64,000 bases of DNA from Candidatus Latescibacterota bacterium. Its GTDB lineage: Bacteria > Latescibacterota > UBA2968. The notes beneath the pieces were generated by a model. The model saw only the letters and a list, made by a program, of their open reading frames with translations, had not been told where the DNA came from and searched no databases. The stretch spans positions 4,256,001 to 4,320,000 of the forward strand of contig OZ244960.1 of the NCBI GenBank assembly GCA_965222605.1. Direction: 5' to 3'. Numbering within the stretch: position 1 is the stretch's first letter; every line of letters starts with the position of its first letter. Positions 61,501 through 64,000 of the stretch are shown piece by piece. Both the position numbers and the translations under genes were made by a program.

Positions 61501-61864
61501 GCTTTTTGGCATTGTGGTGAATAATGGTATTGTTCTGGTCGATCATATCAACAGATACCGAAAACAGGGGCTTGTTCGCCGCGAGGCTATTATCCGCGGT
61601 GGGCAAGACCGCCTGCGTCCGATTATGATGACGGCCACCACCACCGTTATTGGTCTGATGCCACTGGTCATTCCGATGCTTTTTGGTCATGCCGAAGGCA
61701 CAGCCCGCCGCTGGGGTCCTATCGGTCTGGTCGTTGTATCGGGGTTGTCTATTTCAACAATTCTGACACTTGTTCTCCTGCCCACAATGTATTCGCTTAT
61801 GGATGATCTCTCCCAATTTACCAAGCGCGTTGTCGCGGTGGGATCGCGGATGGTCACGGATTAA
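58586..61864 (+). CDS. RND efflux permease (AcrB/SwrC-like)
   Basis: ITRPIEE, IPIS, GMLVD, GIVVNNGIVLVD and RLRPIMMT motifs. Confidence 0.93.
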   Translation: MKLSRFAIFKPISTMMIALSLVVMGFISLFKLPLEYLPSVTFPVLFVSIRYPSSSPEEIERFITRPIEEILGTMPGIENMGSTSNESSSTIRLEFAMDVDMDLVGIHLRDRLDQVRADLPEDVDYIGIKSFDTEDIPALEYTVSWLGEDPEDLIAVYNQRLLPRLQRLDGVASVELRGLQQKDLLVEVDQRAMTAHKLDFRTINRALRRNNINISAGYVTDGDKRFAVRSVGEFETIDQIRNLPIRPNLTLSDVASVTYDYPPARRFDRLDGVPSLYLSVQKSSTANMVDVCKRAREELARINEEVGKDKLRMLLVRDQSTAVIASITSLSQSAIMGGLLAVIAIFIFLRNFRSTLIIGSAIPISALTVFLIMYFLRQSGTDITLNLISMMGLMVAIGMLVDPAVVALENIFRKCFDEGQGATQAALEGSEEIGLPVLAATLTTVCVFVPVIFVTDSGTSLFMRQFSVTVVVSVIASFCVALSLIPLAASRAFNEGGQTLDRILKSILVLAAIVGVVAYIYYTDFSKVDYAALWDRIAITISALPLFAKIGFPAAIALTIFLYLRYRAIGAKAFYARVVANTLHYRWATLSAACVLLFFGNHIYSKIEQEPFRYQPSRAIRLTVEMPRTYDLEQASKTFKIAEDILIPLKEEIDIEAIATKFNTGNRQGKRNARLTIYLTPAEESKLTTDEVQRKIIALLPKDIPGVRFRSRGGKSGGTTGVGVELKGRRQEILAVLAEDIEASMQGMSGVHEVETSLETGMEEIRVIVNRERAQRYGISPRDIATNIASALGSRGASRFKTPEGEIDITVQLREEDRATLEQLKITEFESDKGGMVTFSSLADFNLIQGPNAISREDRMPTLTVFANTEQKAVFQVGQIMKARMESVPLPKGYTYQMDRRFKSMNAEQAQDFETMIFALILIYIIMASLFESYVHPLTIMFCIFFAFIGVALGLYTFKIAMDSNAKYGLLVLFGIVVNNGIVLVDHINRYRKQGLVRREAIIRGGQDRLRPIMMTATTTVIGLMPLVIPMLFGHAEGTARRWGPIGLVVVSGLSISTILTLVLLPTMYSLMDDLSQFTKRVVAVGSRMVTD

Positions 61865-61894
61865 AAGATTTCGCGGATTAAAAAACTGTTTTGT

Positions 61895-62002
61895 CTAATA
61901 AATATCGCCGCGATTATCAATTTGAACAATGCGGATTAGCCGGTTGTCTCTGTCAACTCGGTAAATGAAACGAATATCTCCTATCCGATAGCGATAGAGT
62001 CC
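61895..62002 (-). pseudogene. C-terminal remnant of a RelE/ParE toxin
   Basis: Hand translation GLYRYRIGDIRFIYRVDRDNRLIRIVQIDNRGDIY*; the N-terminal half is absent. Confidence 0.8.
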
Positions 62003-62314
62003 TTGATCAGGGACCATGCCTTTCCTCCACCAGCATCCAATTCCCGTTCTGCCTCAGCAATGTCTTCTATGACTTCCGGCTCTAAATTGAGCAAAGCAGT
62101 TTCACGCCATTCGGCGGGAAAAGTCGAAAGTACCGCGGCATCTTTTTCCTTTTTTGATATCTGTGTTACCAGCGTGAGCAATTTCCCGAAAAACTCGACG
62201 AGTTCCTCGGTTTCCAACCACTTGAGCCAATCATAAGGACTTCGAAGTCGCAATAGATTTGACAAATAATTGGTCATTCATGAGGCGTCCAACGACAAGT
62301 TTGGGCTTTTTCAT
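61981..62314 (-). pseudogene. Frameshifted antitoxin-like gene
   Basis: GGAGG RBS and ATG at 62314. Removing one copy of ATGA from ATGAATGA joins MKKPKLVVGRL in frame to MTNYLS...EWRETALLNLEPEVIEDIAEAERE. Confidence 0.6.
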
Positions 62315-62462
62315 CTAAAACCTCCGTCATATCGCAGAATACGTTTCTTTTATTCATAACCCCATCCGGGGTCACATGCTGATAAGGTACCCATCAAAAC
62401 GGGTCAAGTCCATTTTGATCTTTGTCCAGGACTTTGGACAGTAAAGAAAGTCTCATTTTAAT

Positions 62463-62500
62463 AGAAAAGGGCTTGCGATTTGACCTTGCAAGCCCTTTCT
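62463..62500. terminator. Intrinsic terminator
   Basis: AGAAAAGGGCTTGCG...TGCAAGCCCTTTCT. Confidence 0.7.
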
Positions 62501-62548
62501 GTCTAATGTAGATGCCAACATCTCACCAGTCGTGTGTGAACCAACATC

Positions 62549-62701
62549 TTACCCACTTGTGGTTTTACCGAAGTTTTCAACCAATATGAGGAAATCAGCA
62601 ACATCAACATCGCCATCGTTATCGAGGTCGCCACGCAAGCCTGACGTACCGCCGACATTCGCGTTTTCACTTGACCAGATCAGCGTATTCCCACTGCATA
62701 A
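62549..62701 (-). pseudogene. 3' remnant of a dockerin/EF-hand-tailed secreted protein gene
   Basis: ...GLRGDLDNDGDVDVADFLILVENFGKTTSG*; no start codon, and an in-frame stop lies immediately upstream. Confidence 0.7.
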
Positions 62702-62720
62702 CTAATTGTTCTAAATAAAA

Positions 62721-62927
62721 TTATCCGAGCTTGAACAGAATGAGAGTTCCGAGAGTCAACAAGGTTGTGATTTGAATGCCGATAACCCAACGAATATCGT
62801 TTCTCAAATCACGCTGGCCTTGCTCAACGCTTGTCAAGCGCGTGTTCATCTGTTCATTAATGCCTTCAATGCGAGACAAGCGGGCATCAAACTCTGCCAA
62901 CTTGTCTTGAGGTGTCGGAATCTGCAT
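62721..62927 (-). CDS. Small coiled-coil protein with a C-terminal TM anchor
   Basis: MQIPTPQDK...RLSRIEG...DIRWVIGIQITTLLTLGTLILFKLG; AAGGA RBS. Confidence 0.65.
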   Translation of the reverse strand: MQIPTPQDKLAEFDARLSRIEGINEQMNTRLTSVEQGQRDLRNDIRWVIGIQITTLLTLGTLILFKLG

Positions 62928-63125
62928 TGTGTTTTTCCTTTGGGGGTGGTTATTCCGAGTTGTCGCGTGGTGGTCTCCCCTTTTGGGATGCGTTATAGAA
63001 ATTTTCAGCAAATTCATGAATTATTCAGATTATAAGAAATATAGTCACTGATTGCGGGGATTCCAAGGATTTTTAGAAATATCCCTTGCTATTTCCTATG
63101 TCTAAATTTAAACTCTGCTCCACGT

Positions 63126-63169
63126 CCCCTTTGTGCGTGGAACTGCTGGTGAGGCGTCGCAGTTGTACA
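63126..63169 (-). repeat. GTAC-tagged hairpin repeat, copy D (IS insertion target, 5' part replaced by the IS)
   Basis: Minus strand TGTACAACTGCGACGCCTCACCAGCAGTTCCACGCACAAAGGGG, matching copy B at 23284-23356. Confidence 0.8.
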
Positions 63170-63199
63170 GGTATAAGAAAGTCAAGTAGAAAAAGTGCC

Positions 63200-63384
63200 A
63201 AATTCGAGCGCGAGCAGGTATTCCTGCCAGATATATCTCAGGGCTTTACACAGGTATGTCATTCAGGGTCAGTGCCCTTAAATTGCTTCATTCAAGCTCC
63301 TGAGAAGGCAGGCGAATAGGTCACCGCTTCAGGGTCAAAGCCCGTATGTACAACTTCGTTCTATCCTGCTCATCCCAGGAGCTT
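63200..63384 (-). ncRNA. Putative bridge/seek RNA
   Basis: Nested stems (GCTCCTGGGA/TCTCAGGAGC, GCAGG/CCTGC, ATAG/CTAT) enclose a loop containing AGTTGTACA, complementary to the flanking target; motif GGGCNNNGACCCTGAA occurs twice. Ends are approximate. Confidence 0.65.
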
Positions 63385-64000
63385 AAGCTGCTTTTTTTAC
63401 TTGAGATACTACCTTTTCCTTTTTGGTGTTGCAGTTTATGTTGAAAGTTTCTTGTTTATTGACCAGCGCGAAGAGGATGCGTAAGAGTTTAGAGCAAAGG
63501 GCAATAATGGCTTTTTGTGTGGGTTTTCCTGCCCCTTTAAATCGGTGATAGGCCTCCTTGAAGATGGGATTATGGAAGATGAGAGGAAAGACCGCTGTAT
63601 AGAGGATGCGTCTAAGTCTTGCGCGTCCCCTTTTGGCGATTCTTCGTGTGCCCTTTTTATATCCTGAAGAGATTTCAAAGAGGTTTAAGCCAGCCAGTTT
63701 GATGAGTTGTTCAGGTGCTTGATAAGCCTCAAAGGGGCCTGTTTCGCCGAGTATAGATGCCACACTGATTGGTCCCAGTCCAGGGATTGAGCACATATAT
63801 CCTGCTTGGGGTATATGTTGTAGGTGTTCGTTCATTTGGGTTTCGATTTCTTGCAGTTGGGTTTTAAGCAGATCCATTAAGCAGAGGGTTTGCATCAGTT
63901 CGAGGCAGATACTGTCTATGGCCTGGTTCACGCCAATGGAGGTGGAAGCCGCTTCAAGGACGGCCTGTGCTTTGGCTTTGGAGAGGCGACGATTTGATGC
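63383..64000 (-). CDS. IS110 family transposase/recombinase, C-terminal part (5' end outside the window)
   Basis: SIPGLGPISVASILGE, LAGLNLFEISSG, IAKRGRARLRRILY and AIIALCSKLLRILFAL motifs. Confidence 0.93.
   Translation of the reverse strand, partial: ASNRRLSKAKAQAVLEAASTSIGVNQAIDSICLELMQTLCLMDLLKTQLQEIETQMNEHLQHIPQAGYMCSIPGLGPISVASILGETGPFEAYQAPEQLIKLAGLNLFEISSGYKKGTRRIAKRGRARLRRILYTAVFPLIFHNPIFKEAYHRFKGAGKPTQKAIIALCSKLLRILFALVNKQETFNINCNTKKEKVVSQVKKAA

Larger units (their letters stand above)
63168..64000 (-). mobile_element. IS110/IS1111-family insertion sequence, right part
   Basis: Transposase, about 215-bp structured 3' non-coding end, outward TTGACT -35-like hexamer at 63180-63185, junction with the repeat. 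Confidence 0.85.

Overview
Gene-dense bacterial chromosomal window of about 50% GC. Several sulfatases, dockerin/EF-hand-like secreted domains and TPR/Ton genes suggest a Gram-negative Latescibacterota/Poribacteria-like organism (inference only). In order it holds: a sigma54-driven Psp-like envelope-stress operon (pspA, triplicated PspB-like proteins, ECF sigma, NfeD, flotillin); housekeeping genes (amidase, copA, hisA, thiL, S1 protein, guaB with a putative leader-peptide attenuator, exbBD-tonB, nth, comM); a deleted ECF/anti-sigma pair ahead of a caspase/beta-barrel locus; and TA modules. Two things stand out. (1) A four-gene cassette (40139-49211) has two BrxD/DUF2791-like ATPases and a 1893-aa fusion of an Lhr-like SF2 helicase, an Fe-S PD-(D/E)XK nuclease and an SF1 helicase. 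It is a candidate new Shango/BREX-related defence system. (2) An IS110/IS1111-family element at the right edge has a structured downstream non-coding end containing a 9-nt guide-like match to the palindromic repeat it is inserted into. Empty and nested copies of that repeat family occur elsewhere in the window, so this is a candidate bridge/seek RNA with its target visible. No rRNA, tRNA or CRISPR array was seen. All assignments come from reading motifs by eye; no database searches were run.
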